This document shows, in pieces, positions 9,769 through 18,914 of a stretch of DNA of 64,000 nucleotides. Positions within the stretch are counted from its first letter, which is position 1; each line of letters opens with the position of its first letter. A program made the translations under genes and the position numbers. The DNA comes from Aureliella sp. (GTDB taxonomy: Bacteria; Planctomycetota; Planctomycetia; Pirellulales; Pirellulaceae): contig OY829846.1 of the NCBI GenBank assembly GCA_963691875.1, forward strand, positions 1,376,001 through 1,440,000. The letters are read 5' to 3'. The notes under the pieces were generated by a model that saw only the letters and a list, made by a program, of their open reading frames with translations, did not search any database and had not been told where the DNA came from.

Positions 9769-11040
9769 ATGACTGAAATCAAAAAAGTTGCAATGTTGTT
9801 CGCAGGTGGTCCGGCACCTGGTGCGAACTCGGTCATCGGTACCGCGGCCTTCGCCTTTCTGAATGCTGGCATCGAAGTCGTCGGGATCAAGCACGGTTAC
9901 TCCAACTTGATCGACTACGACGGTTCCGCTCCACTCGAGGAAGGCAAAGCGTACATCAACATCCGACAAGAGGACTTGTCGCACGTTCGTACTTCGCCGG
10001 GAATCGTGATCGGTACCGCTCGAGCGAACCCAGGCAAGAACGTTTCCGCGCCGGAACACTTGAGTGACGCGGAGCGAGTTGCTCCTCTCTCGCGAGTTTA
10101 CAACGCTTTACAGTCGTTGGGTGTAGACGCACTGATCTCGATTGGTGGCGACGACACGCTGAAGACCGCTAATAAGATGAAGATGTATCAGGACACGCTG
10201 CCAACCGATGCGAAGCGAATGCCTGTCGTGCACTTGCCCAAGACGATCGACAACGATTACATGGGTATCGACTTCACGTTTGGTTACTTCACCGCCGCCG
10301 AGTTCTTAGCCAACGAGATGCGCAATCTCAACTACGACGCCCAAGCTGGCCAAGCCTACTTTATCTGCGAAGCTATGGGGCGTAGTGCGGGCTGGTTGGC
10401 CTACGGTGCAGCCATCGCGGGTAACGCTTGCATGGTACTGAGCGTCGAGGACGTCATTGGTGAATTACGTGGCGAAGAAGAAGTCACAGAAGACGGCAAG
10501 ACATTCAACAAGCCGATCATGCACGTCGAAAAGATTGTAGATCGCATCGTGGCAATGATGCTCAAGCGCGAAAGCGAAGGCCGACCATACGGCGTCATTG
10601 TCGTTGCCGAAGGTATGGCCGAATATCTGTCGCAGAAGTATCTGGCTGGCATTGAACGCGACGATCATGGTCACATCGCGATTGCAGACATTAACCTTGG
10701 CAAGATGCTCGCCGGCTTGATTGGCGAAGCATACACGGCCAAGACCGGCGGAAAACGCAAAATCAACGGACTGCAGCTTGGCTACGAGAGCCGTTGCGCT
10801 CCACCACATGCGTTTGACGTAATGCTCGGTTCGCAGATCGGTGTCGGAGCTTATCGAGCTCTGATTGAAGAGAATCTCAATGGCGTAATGATCTCAGTCG
10901 GCGGTCAGTTGGATCTTTCCTTCGTGCCATTCGAGAATTTGGTCGATCCAGCGACGCTGGTCACTAAAGTTCGCTACATCGAAACTGGCAGTGACTTCCA
11001 CCGTCTCGCACGTTTCGTCGAAAGCGTCGCCGACGAATAA
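9769..11040 (+). CDS. pfp: 6-phosphofructokinase, probably pyrophosphate-dependent
   Basis: GGPAPGAN, GGDDT and PKTIDND (Asp/Lys signature of PPi use), MGRSAGW. Confidence 0.88.
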   Translation: MTEIKKVAMLFAGGPAPGANSVIGTAAFAFLNAGIEVVGIKHGYSNLIDYDGSAPLEEGKAYINIRQEDLSHVRTSPGIVIGTARANPGKNVSAPEHLSDAERVAPLSRVYNALQSLGVDALISIGGDDTLKTANKMKMYQDTLPTDAKRMPVVHLPKTIDNDYMGIDFTFGYFTAAEFLANEMRNLNYDAQAGQAYFICEAMGRSAGWLAYGAAIAGNACMVLSVEDVIGELRGEEEVTEDGKTFNKPIMHVEKIVDRIVAMMLKRESEGRPYGVIVVAEGMAEYLSQKYLAGIERDDHGHIAIADINLGKMLAGLIGEAYTAKTGGKRKINGLQLGYESRCAPPHAFDVMLGSQIGVGAYRALIEENLNGVMISVGGQLDLSFVPFENLVDPATLVTKVRYIETGSDFHRLARFVESVADE

Positions 11041-11307
11041 GAAGGTCAGCTCTTCATTGAGGATTAGGTCATGAGTCCCGGAGCATTGCTCCCCAGAGTC
11101 CTCGACCATAGCAAGCCGGCACCGATGGCTGGGCCTTCAACAAGATCTCTCGAGGGATGCGATTCGCCCTGTCCAGCTTACTGGAAATCGGGCGATAAAG
11201 AGCAGACGGACCGAGGCCCCTGCAATGATGCCAGACTATCATTCTGTTGCTGGCCTGTCACAATAGGAAGTATCCCACCTGATACTTCCTACCTTTTGTG
11301 ATCTACG

Positions 11308-13401
11308 ATGCAGCGCCTCGCGCCAATTCAATTCTTCCTTTGCTGGCTGGCCCTTGGCATTCCAGTCCGCGCTCAAGACGACAAAGCTGGAGAACAGTTT
11401 TTTGAGCAAGAAGTCTTACCCATCCTGCGCGACAACTGCTTCGATTGCCATTCGCATGAGTCTGGGGAATCCGGTGGCAAATTAATGCTCGATTCTTTGG
11501 CTGCGATGCAAGTCGGCGGAACACGCGGTTCGAGCATCACAGGCGCTACACCAGAAAAGAGTCTGCTTTGGCGAGCAGTCGAGTATGAAGAGTCTACTCT
11601 TCAAATGCCTCCTGACGGCAAGCTTCCGCAGCATCAAATCGACGGGATTCAGAAATGGCTAAAGATGGGCACTCCGGTCCCAGCCGCTTGGAAAGGAAAT
11701 ATGGAGGCGCTTAAAACCGGCGGAGGAGCGGCAGAACTCGCCAAATCGCACTGGGCTTATCAGCCAGTTCGCAGATTCGCACAGGGCACGGCATCGATCG
11801 ACACATTGCTCGAAACGCGACGCCGAACAGCCGGGCTAGAAGCATCGGCGCGAGCGGACCGACGCACGCTTTTGTTTCGCGCGCACTACGACCTCACAGG
11901 GCTTCGCCCGAGCTGTCAGGAGCTGCGCGAATTCGAGGCAGATGAACGCGACGATCAAGCGGCTTTCGCAGTGTTGGTAGATCGCTTGCTTTCATCTCCG
12001 CATTTCGGCGAGCGCTGGGCCAGGCATTGGATGGACATTGCTCGTTATGCTGACAACAAAGGCTACGTCTTCCAGGAAGATCGGGAGTACAAAGAAGCGT
12101 ACAAGTACCGCGATTGGCTGATTGAATCTTTCAATCGCGACATGCCGTATGACGAGTTTGTGAAGCATCAGCTGGCCGCGGACTTATTGCCAGACAACGA
12201 GTCGAACGTTCGAGCATTGGGATTTGTCACACTGGGGCGAAGATTCCTCAACAACCAATTTGACATCATTGACGACCGACTAGACGTCGTTTCTCGCGGC
12301 TTGATGGGAATGACACTCGCTTGCGCACGCTGCCACGACCATAAGTACGATCCGATATCGCAGAAGGACTATTACTCCATGGCGGGTGTGTTCTTCAACG
12401 TAGACGAGCCGAAAGAGGGCGGTTGGCCGCATCGCTTGTCGGATCGCAAGACGATGCGACCGGCTCACGTTTTGCTACGCGGTAGTCCGAGAAGCATTGG
12501 CGAGAAAGTGCCACGTCGTTTCGTACGTTTTCTTTCCGCAGACTCCCCCGATTTCCCAGCAGACCGGAGCGGGCGTTTAGAACTAGCAGAGCATATCACT
12601 GGTTCGGACAATCCGCTGACCGCGAGAGTGCTGGCGAATCGGATTTGGATGCATCTTACTGGAAGCTCGCTGGTGCAGACTCCGAGTGATTTGGGATTGC
12701 GCTGCCCACCACCGCAACAAGCTGAGCTGCTGGATTATTTAGCCACGCAGCTTGTTGCGGAAGGCTGGAGCATAAAATCACTGATTCGTGAAATCATGCT
12801 GTCGGAAAGTTACGCACAGCAGAGTATTGCTTTCGAGACTGCTATGAAGATTGATCCCGAAAACCAACTCTATTCGCGCATGAATCGTCGCCGAGTCGAC
12901 TTTGAAACTCTGCGCGACAGCTTACTCGCCAGCACGGGGCAGCTCGATTTGTATCTATTTGGTGCATCTGAAAAGATTGAAGCACAGTCAGGTTCCCGAC
13001 GACGAACGGTTTACGCTTACATCGATCGCCAAAACCTGCCGCCAGTTTTTCGCACCTTCGACTTGGCCAGTCCTGATGCACACTCTCCTGGAAGGTCTCA
13101 AACGACCGTGCCTCAGCAAGGGCTCTTCATGCTCAACAGTTCATTTGTACAAGCGTTGGCGGATGAACTGGCTGGGCAGGCTCTACAGAAATCGGCCGGA
13201 AAAGGTGAAGGACCGGTGGTAGATTGGTTGGTTCAGCAGATCCTGGTGCGAAGACCAGACGACTCTGAGCGGCGATGGATGTCGAAATTCCTAGATGACC
13301 CAAGTCGCCAATCGAAAAATGCTACGAAGGAAGCCCACGCACGGTGGAGTCAACTTGTTCAAATCTTGCTCTCGTCAAACGAATTTTCCTTTGTCGATTG
13401 A
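11308..13401 (+). CDS. Planctomycete cytochrome c plus DUF1549/DUF1553 (PSD1) protein
   Basis: Signal peptide; CFDCH...MPP PSCyt1 domain; HFGERWARHWMD; CARCHDHKYDP; NPLTARVLANRIW; SNEFSFVD C-terminus. Confidence 0.92.
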   Translation: MQRLAPIQFFLCWLALGIPVRAQDDKAGEQFFEQEVLPILRDNCFDCHSHESGESGGKLMLDSLAAMQVGGTRGSSITGATPEKSLLWRAVEYEESTLQMPPDGKLPQHQIDGIQKWLKMGTPVPAAWKGNMEALKTGGGAAELAKSHWAYQPVRRFAQGTASIDTLLETRRRTAGLEASARADRRTLLFRAHYDLTGLRPSCQELREFEADERDDQAAFAVLVDRLLSSPHFGERWARHWMDIARYADNKGYVFQEDREYKEAYKYRDWLIESFNRDMPYDEFVKHQLAADLLPDNESNVRALGFVTLGRRFLNNQFDIIDDRLDVVSRGLMGMTLACARCHDHKYDPISQKDYYSMAGVFFNVDEPKEGGWPHRLSDRKTMRPAHVLLRGSPRSIGEKVPRRFVRFLSADSPDFPADRSGRLELAEHITGSDNPLTARVLANRIWMHLTGSSLVQTPSDLGLRCPPPQQAELLDYLATQLVAEGWSIKSLIREIMLSESYAQQSIAFETAMKIDPENQLYSRMNRRRVDFETLRDSLLASTGQLDLYLFGASEKIEAQSGSRRRTVYAYIDRQNLPPVFRTFDLASPDAHSPGRSQTTVPQQGLFMLNSSFVQALADELAGQALQKSAGKGEGPVVDWLVQQILVRRPDDSERRWMSKFLDDPSRQSKNATKEAHARWSQLVQILLSSNEFSFVD

Positions 13402-13541
13402 GCCATTGCAGCGGAAAGTTTGAAACCCGGATTTACCCAACCAACCCCGAATCCACCTAGCCAGCAGGTAGTAGTCCTGGAAGAATTGAGGGTACAACGC
13501 TTCCGTCGCAGCTGCGACTTTTGATTTCCAAAGGGATTTGA

Positions 13542-14486
13542 ATGAGCAACCCGCTTCCAGAAGCAGTCAAGCCATTAAAGCTGAATAGGACTTACGCTGC
13601 GACGATTGTCACGGTTCATCTATTAGCCATAGCAGCTTGCCTGCCCTATTTTTGGAGTTGGACGGCATTCGTCGTATTCTTGTTGGGAGTACATGTTTTT
13701 GGGCAAGGTATCACGATCGGTTACCATCGTTTGCTAACGCATCGCAGTTTCAAGACGCCCAAGTGGCTCGAGTACGGTTTTGCGATTCTCGGTATTTGCT
13801 CCATGCAAGATACGCCTGCTCGCTGGGTTTCGGTGCATCGCATGCATCATGCAGACTCCGATGACGTGCCAGACCCGCATAGCCCCCGGGTCAACTTCTG
13901 GTGGTCACATCTTGGCTGGCTGATGTTTCTTAATCGCAAAACCTATAGCCTTGCTGGCCTGGAAAAGTTTGCGAAAGACTTGCTGCGTGATCGTTTCTAC
14001 CTGCGACTGGAGACGAACCCATTCTTCCAGTTCTACATAATTTTTGCACAGCTCCCGTTATTCTTCGCTCTTGGTTGCGCTCTGAGTTTTGCATTCAGTA
14101 GAAACGTGATGGATGCCGTACAGTTGGGTAACAGCATGGTTGTCTGGGGAGTGATCATGCGAATCATCGCGGTTTGGCATATCACTTTCAGTGTAAATTC
14201 TTTGAGCCACATGTTCGGGTATACCAATTACGAAACAGGCGAGGACAGTCGAAACAACTGGCTTGTCGCTCTGTTGACGGTTGGGGAAGGCTGGCACAAC
14301 AATCATCACGAAGATCCTTCTGCCTGCAGCGTGCAGCACCGCTGGTGGGAATTCGACATCAGTTACTACGAAATCCGGTTCTTACAAATGATTGGACTAG
14401 CGAGCAACATCACTCCGCTGCGGAAGCACCGCCATAAGAGGGGCGGCAAGCCCGGGACGAGCAAAGTTCCAGCAGATGCAGCCTGA
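13542..14486 (+). CDS. Delta-9 acyl-CoA/acyl-lipid fatty acid desaturase
   Basis: His boxes HRLLTH, HRMHH and HNNHH; GEGWHN motif. Confidence 0.93.
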   Translation: MSNPLPEAVKPLKLNRTYAATIVTVHLLAIAACLPYFWSWTAFVVFLLGVHVFGQGITIGYHRLLTHRSFKTPKWLEYGFAILGICSMQDTPARWVSVHRMHHADSDDVPDPHSPRVNFWWSHLGWLMFLNRKTYSLAGLEKFAKDLLRDRFYLRLETNPFFQFYIIFAQLPLFFALGCALSFAFSRNVMDAVQLGNSMVVWGVIMRIIAVWHITFSVNSLSHMFGYTNYETGEDSRNNWLVALLTVGEGWHNNHHEDPSACSVQHRWWEFDISYYEIRFLQMIGLASNITPLRKHRHKRGGKPGTSKVPADAA

Positions 14487-14546
14487 TACTTTGCCAGCCC
14501 AAAAATTCTACTCAATGATTCGGACTAAAAAGAAAGTTTTCACACC

Positions 14547-15401
14547 ATGCAGATCGCCAAATTCGTGAATCGCGACCAACAAGAAGTAGTAGGACGTGTC
14601 ATGGGCGAGTCTATTGCAGGCATGGATATCGCTACCCACGGGCTGCACAGCATGTCCGATTTGCTCGCGGCCGACAATATCGAGGAAATAGTACGCACTC
14701 TGCCAAACATTGAGTCCTATGCCTTGTCCGACGTAAGACTGATGCCTCCGATTGACACGCAAGAGGTCTGGGCAGCTGGCGTGACATACAAGCGTTCGCA
14801 AACAGCACGCATGGAAGAATCGGAAGCGGCAGCATCCTGCTACGACCGAGTCTATCAATCTGATAGACCTGAGATCTTTTTCAAGGCCACGCCTCATCGC
14901 GTGAGAGGAATGGGGCAGGAGCTGCGTATTCGTGAGGATGCGAAGTGGAATGTGCCCGAGCCTGAATTGGCATTGGTGCTATCGCCAAGTCTCAAGATCG
15001 TTGGCTACACTATCGGCAACGATATGAGCTCCCGGGATATCGAAGGCGACAATCCGCTCTACCTGCCCCAAGCGAAAATGTACGATCAGTGCTGCGGGCT
15101 CGGACCATGGATCACCTTGGCATCTGCCATGCCGCCTGCGGGAGAGATTGAGATCGACTTGAAGATCCATCGTGGGGCGGAGACTGTTTTTGATCAAGCG
15201 ACGAGTGTGTCGCAGATGGCCAGGACATTTAGCGACTTGGTCAGTTGGCTCGGCCGGGACAACTCTTTTCCGACTGGGGCGTTTTTGCTAACCGGAACGG
15301 GAATTGTTCCTGACAGCGATTTCACCCTCGCGCCGGGGGACTGCGTCGACATCAGTATCAGCGGAATAGGCACACTTTCTAACACTATCGTGCAAGGCTA
15401 G
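14547..15401 (+). CDS. Fumarylacetoacetate hydrolase-family protein (2-keto-3-deoxy-pentonate dehydratase-like)
   Basis: QEVWAAGVTY.RS, RPEIFFKA, WNVPEPEL, GNDMSSRDIEGDNPLYLPQAK. Confidence 0.88.
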   Translation: MQIAKFVNRDQQEVVGRVMGESIAGMDIATHGLHSMSDLLAADNIEEIVRTLPNIESYALSDVRLMPPIDTQEVWAAGVTYKRSQTARMEESEAAASCYDRVYQSDRPEIFFKATPHRVRGMGQELRIREDAKWNVPEPELALVLSPSLKIVGYTIGNDMSSRDIEGDNPLYLPQAKMYDQCCGLGPWITLASAMPPAGEIEIDLKIHRGAETVFDQATSVSQMARTFSDLVSWLGRDNSFPTGAFLLTGTGIVPDSDFTLAPGDCVDISISGIGTLSNTIVQG

Positions 15402-15812
15402 CGGCAGCTCCTTCAGCCACATCGCCGTGCAGTTTCGAGCATTCCGGACTTTGGGCTCGGGAGTGAAGATGCCAACGAAGCGCAGCCTGTTCAATCCTGC
15501 GGGCCAAAGCAAGGGCTCGTTTCGACATGCTTCGATGACATAGCATCGGAATAGTGTTCTGCAGTCGTCACTGGCCGAACTGGCAACAGCGGGATATTTT
15601 GCCTAATTCGCGTGATATATTTGTAAACCACGCATTTATCGCTTGAACGGCTCTTTGGTCCTACAACAATTGTTCTTGCCGCCGCGTGGGTGCTAGATTT
15701 GCTCGCCGCCAATTGCTCGCGGACTAGAATCTTTCGATCTCGCAAAGCCGACTTTACCTACGACACAGCCACTGCAGTTCTGCAGCAATACTTCAAATTC
15801 AAGGGAATCAGA

Positions 15813-16505
15813 ATGCGAAACCTCGCAATCCAAACAGTTTGCCTTCTCGCTATCATCGCTCCAGCCACTGTCTTTGCACAGGGACAGACCCTGACGCCTC
15901 CCCCAGCACAGACACCGAAAGAGAACCCTAAAGCGGCTAGCTATGGCATTGGCTTTGACATCGGACGAAACCTTGCTGCTGGCGGCATTACCTCGAAAGA
16001 TGTCATCAAAGAGGAAATTCTCAAGGGACTTTCGGATGCATTGGACGGCAAGGAAGCTGCCTTCTCGATGGAAGTCTTCCAACAAGCCATGCAAGCACTC
16101 GGACAGAAGATCTTAAAACGCAAGATTGACCGAAACAACAAATTCTTGGAGGAGAATAAGAAGAAGGAAGGCATCCAGGTCACCAAGAGTGGCTTGCAAT
16201 ACAAAGTCGTCAAGCAAGGTTCCGGCGCCACGCCAACCGCTTCGAGCCAAGTCACCGTTCACTACGAAGGCAAGTTGGTTAACGGGCAAGTCTTCGACAG
16301 CTCCATCAAGCGTGGCCAGCCAGCTACGTTTGGCGTCAGCCAAGTCATCGCAGGTTGGACCGAGGCCCTGCTTCGCATGAAGGTTGGCGACAAGTGGGAA
16401 CTTGTTATTCCTTCCAATCTTGCCTACGGCGAACGCGGCAGCCCACCAGCCATCGGCCCTAACGAAGTCCTACTCTTCGAAGTCGAGCTGCTTGAAGTCA
16501 AGTAA
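15813..16505 (+). CDS. FKBP-type peptidyl-prolyl isomerase (FkpA/Mip-like)
   Basis: Signal peptide; ASYGIG N-domain; SGLQYKV, VHYEG, FDSS, VIAGWTEAL, AYGERG. Confidence 0.94.
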   Translation: MRNLAIQTVCLLAIIAPATVFAQGQTLTPPPAQTPKENPKAASYGIGFDIGRNLAAGGITSKDVIKEEILKGLSDALDGKEAAFSMEVFQQAMQALGQKILKRKIDRNNKFLEENKKKEGIQVTKSGLQYKVVKQGSGATPTASSQVTVHYEGKLVNGQVFDSSIKRGQPATFGVSQVIAGWTEALLRMKVGDKWELVIPSNLAYGERGSPPAIGPNEVLLFEVELLEVK

Positions 16506-16544
16506 AGCTTTGCGAGGCAACTCGCAAAACAGAATCGAAAACAC

Positions 16545-16575
16545 AAAGGCTTTCCGTATTGGGACGCCTTTTTTT
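16545..16575 (+). terminator. Intrinsic terminator after the FKBP gene
   Basis: AAAGGC...GCCTTT stem with a T run; an additional TTTGCGAG-GCAA-CTCGCAAA hairpin at 16509-16528. Confidence 0.7.
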
Positions 16576-16750
16576 GTTTATCAGGGCTTTGCAGCGTTGC
16601 AAATATTGAAGTTTAGGAGCGTCTTCCTCAAACAGTTTTCCGCATGAACTTTGCGGTCTAGGCGATAAACTGATTTTGATTTAGAATCAGCCGCCTATCG
16701 GGGTGGATTTTGGAGTGTAGCTTTCCTTATATCTTCCCAACACGCAGCCT

Positions 16751-16835
16751 GGACGGTTGGCAGAGTGGTCGATTGCGGTGGTCTTGAAAACCATTGAACT
16801 GAGAGGTTCCGGGGGTTCGAATCCCTCACCGTCCG
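16751..16835 (+). tRNA. tRNA-Ser(TGA)
   Basis: Acceptor stem GGACGGT/ACCGTCC, D-arm GCAGAGTGGTC, anticodon loop CT-TGA-AA, long variable arm, GGTTCGAATCC T-loop; CCA not encoded. Confidence 0.95.
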
Positions 16836-16975
16836 TTTTTTCTTTGTTCGGTATCGCTGCGTACGAACTATCGGAAGAGTCGATTCCTGAGCTTTCACAA
16901 TGCAGAAAGCGATGATGAGGTGATTTTCTCGCGCCTTGTTTTCTCCAGTCCCTAAATCTGTTGGAAAGGTCCGTT

Positions 16976-17605
16976 GTGGAAGGTGTCATCGAGGTAAAGC
17001 ATCCGTTGGTGGATCATCACCTGACCATTCTTCGCGACACGACGACTCCGCCATCGCTTTTTCGACAGCAGACGCATCGCCTAGCGGCCTTGCTAGCTTA
17101 TGCTGCGACAGAGGATCTGCCTCTGCAGGACAAGCAGATCAAGACGCCAATCACAGAGATGACTGGTAGCGAATTGAGCTGCCGGATTGCGATTGTACCG
17201 ATTCTTAGAGCGGGTCTTGGATTGATCGATCCGCTGCAAGATTTACTTCCCGATGCAGAGGTTTGGCATCTCGGGATGTATCGTGACGAAAAGACAGCCA
17301 GACCAGTCGAATACTATTGCAAGCTGCCCGAAGGTGGAGCTTGTGACGTCGGATTTGTTCTAGATCCAATGTTGGCGACAGGCGGGAGTGTTGTCTCAGC
17401 AATTGAAGCACTTGAGCGTTGGGGCTGTCCTGATATTCGAGTCCTGTCAGTGATTGCTTCTCGGCCCGGTGTTGAGCGTTTGCAAGAAGCCTTTCCGATG
17501 GTGCGGATTTTTGTGAGTTCCATTGACCCAGAGCTGAATGAGAACAAGTTTATCGTCCCAGGCTTAGGCGACGCTGGCGATCGAATTTTCAACACGCTCG
17601 GGTGA
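16976..17605 (+). CDS. upp: Uracil phosphoribosyltransferase
   Basis: VPILRAGLG, LDPMLATGGS, FIVPGLGDAGDRIFNT. Confidence 0.96.
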   Translation: MEGVIEVKHPLVDHHLTILRDTTTPPSLFRQQTHRLAALLAYAATEDLPLQDKQIKTPITEMTGSELSCRIAIVPILRAGLGLIDPLQDLLPDAEVWHLGMYRDEKTARPVEYYCKLPEGGACDVGFVLDPMLATGGSVVSAIEALERWGCPDIRVLSVIASRPGVERLQEAFPMVRIFVSSIDPELNENKFIVPGLGDAGDRIFNTLG

Positions 17606-17733
17606 GCGACCTCGCCCGTGATCGTCGTCTTCGACTCTCGTTGAGTGGATGAGGTAACGAATCCGCGGCAGAACCCCTTACGGTTGGCACAAGCCAGAGC
17701 AAGCCGGCGACCGGACGCAAGACGAAGTGGATT

Positions 17734-18510
17734 GTGGAATTATTTTGGCACAACAAAACAAATGATCGCCCGGCGTTCTTTCCGTCGCCTGAGCTAGCGG
17801 ATGAGGCGGGGTTTCTTGTTGAGGATGCTCGGATCGATCGCGAGCGCATTCTAGATGCGTATCAGCATGCGATTTTCCCCTGGCCATATCGTGAACCAGA
17901 ATCACATTGGATCGTTGGTTGGTATAGCCCTGATCCACGTGCCGTATTGAAGCTGGATGAACTCCGCGTTCCCAAGCGGTTAGTGCGAAAGCTGCGTTCT
18001 GGCAAATTCTACTTCAGTTTCAATCAAAGCTTTGACAGAGTCCTAGATCACTGTCGGACGGTCGGCGGTCGCCAACAGGAAGCGTGGCTGATGCCAAGGC
18101 TTGCAGAAGAATTGCAGGGGCTTCACGAAGAAGGAACTGCTTGCAGCTTAGAGGTCTACGATGCGACCGATTCTTCCACACCGGAGCTCTGCGGTGGAGT
18201 TTATGGGCTCAGCGTTGGCCAAGTCTTCTGTGCCGAGAGTATGTTTCACTTGATCCCGGACGCTTCGAAGGCGGCGATCGTTGCATTAGTCAGCATTCTG
18301 CGCTACTCCGACTACCAGCTGCTGGATATTCAAACTCCGTCCATGCACATGACTAACCTCGGAGCGACATTGATTTCGCGAGGCGAACTGCGGAGAAGTC
18401 TTAAAAGGAATTCTAAACGCAATGAACTGGCAAAGTGGGAGAGTCGCGACTTCTTCACTTGGGCAGATCTAGCTTTGGATTGCAGATTGCCACAGGCTCA
18501 CCAGCCCTAA
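17734..18510 (+). CDS. aat: Leucyl/phenylalanyl-tRNA--protein transferase
   Basis: AYQHAIFPW, WYSPDPRAVL, GGVYGL...FCAESMFH, DASKAA, LLDIQ. Confidence 0.92.
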   Translation: MELFWHNKTNDRPAFFPSPELADEAGFLVEDARIDRERILDAYQHAIFPWPYREPESHWIVGWYSPDPRAVLKLDELRVPKRLVRKLRSGKFYFSFNQSFDRVLDHCRTVGGRQQEAWLMPRLAEELQGLHEEGTACSLEVYDATDSSTPELCGGVYGLSVGQVFCAESMFHLIPDASKAAIVALVSILRYSDYQLLDIQTPSMHMTNLGATLISRGELRRSLKRNSKRNELAKWESRDFFTWADLALDCRLPQAHQP

Positions 18511-18618
18511 CTTATTTGGTGACCAACTTCGTAGCCTGTCGATCCTTACCGTGCCAAATACCCCAAAAGTGCCACCTACAGTGGGGAACTGGGAAAAGAG
18601 GTAGGTTTGGTGGGGATT

Positions 18619-18648
18619 TTGACAGTCGACCCAACGATATAGTATACT
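18619..18648 (+). promoter_or_regulatory. Near-consensus sigma70 promoter of the DUF1501 operon
   Basis: TTGACA (18619-18624), 18-bp spacer, TATACT (18643-18648). Confidence 0.65.
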
Positions 18649-18914
18649 AGGGATCCCTCCTGGGCGGATCGACACACTTGGCGAGAGTCAGTGTACAATT
18701 GAAGAAACATAGGCTGAGAGTGTCCTGCGGAAACTCTGATCGGATCCAAGGCCCACCCCACAAATCCCACCTCGACCATTCGTGATTTGCCTAGTTGCAA
18801 ATCAATTACCTCTAACACTTAGTGTTTGACACGGATGAATGGCTATAAGAATCCGATCTCGGATTCTAACTTTGCACACCAAATCTTACTTTGATCCGAT
18901 GGAGTGATTGTTCT

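Noticed and set aside
16751..16960. Integration site at tRNA-Ser
   Set aside because: Followed directly by upp; no integrase gene and no duplicated 3' end seen.
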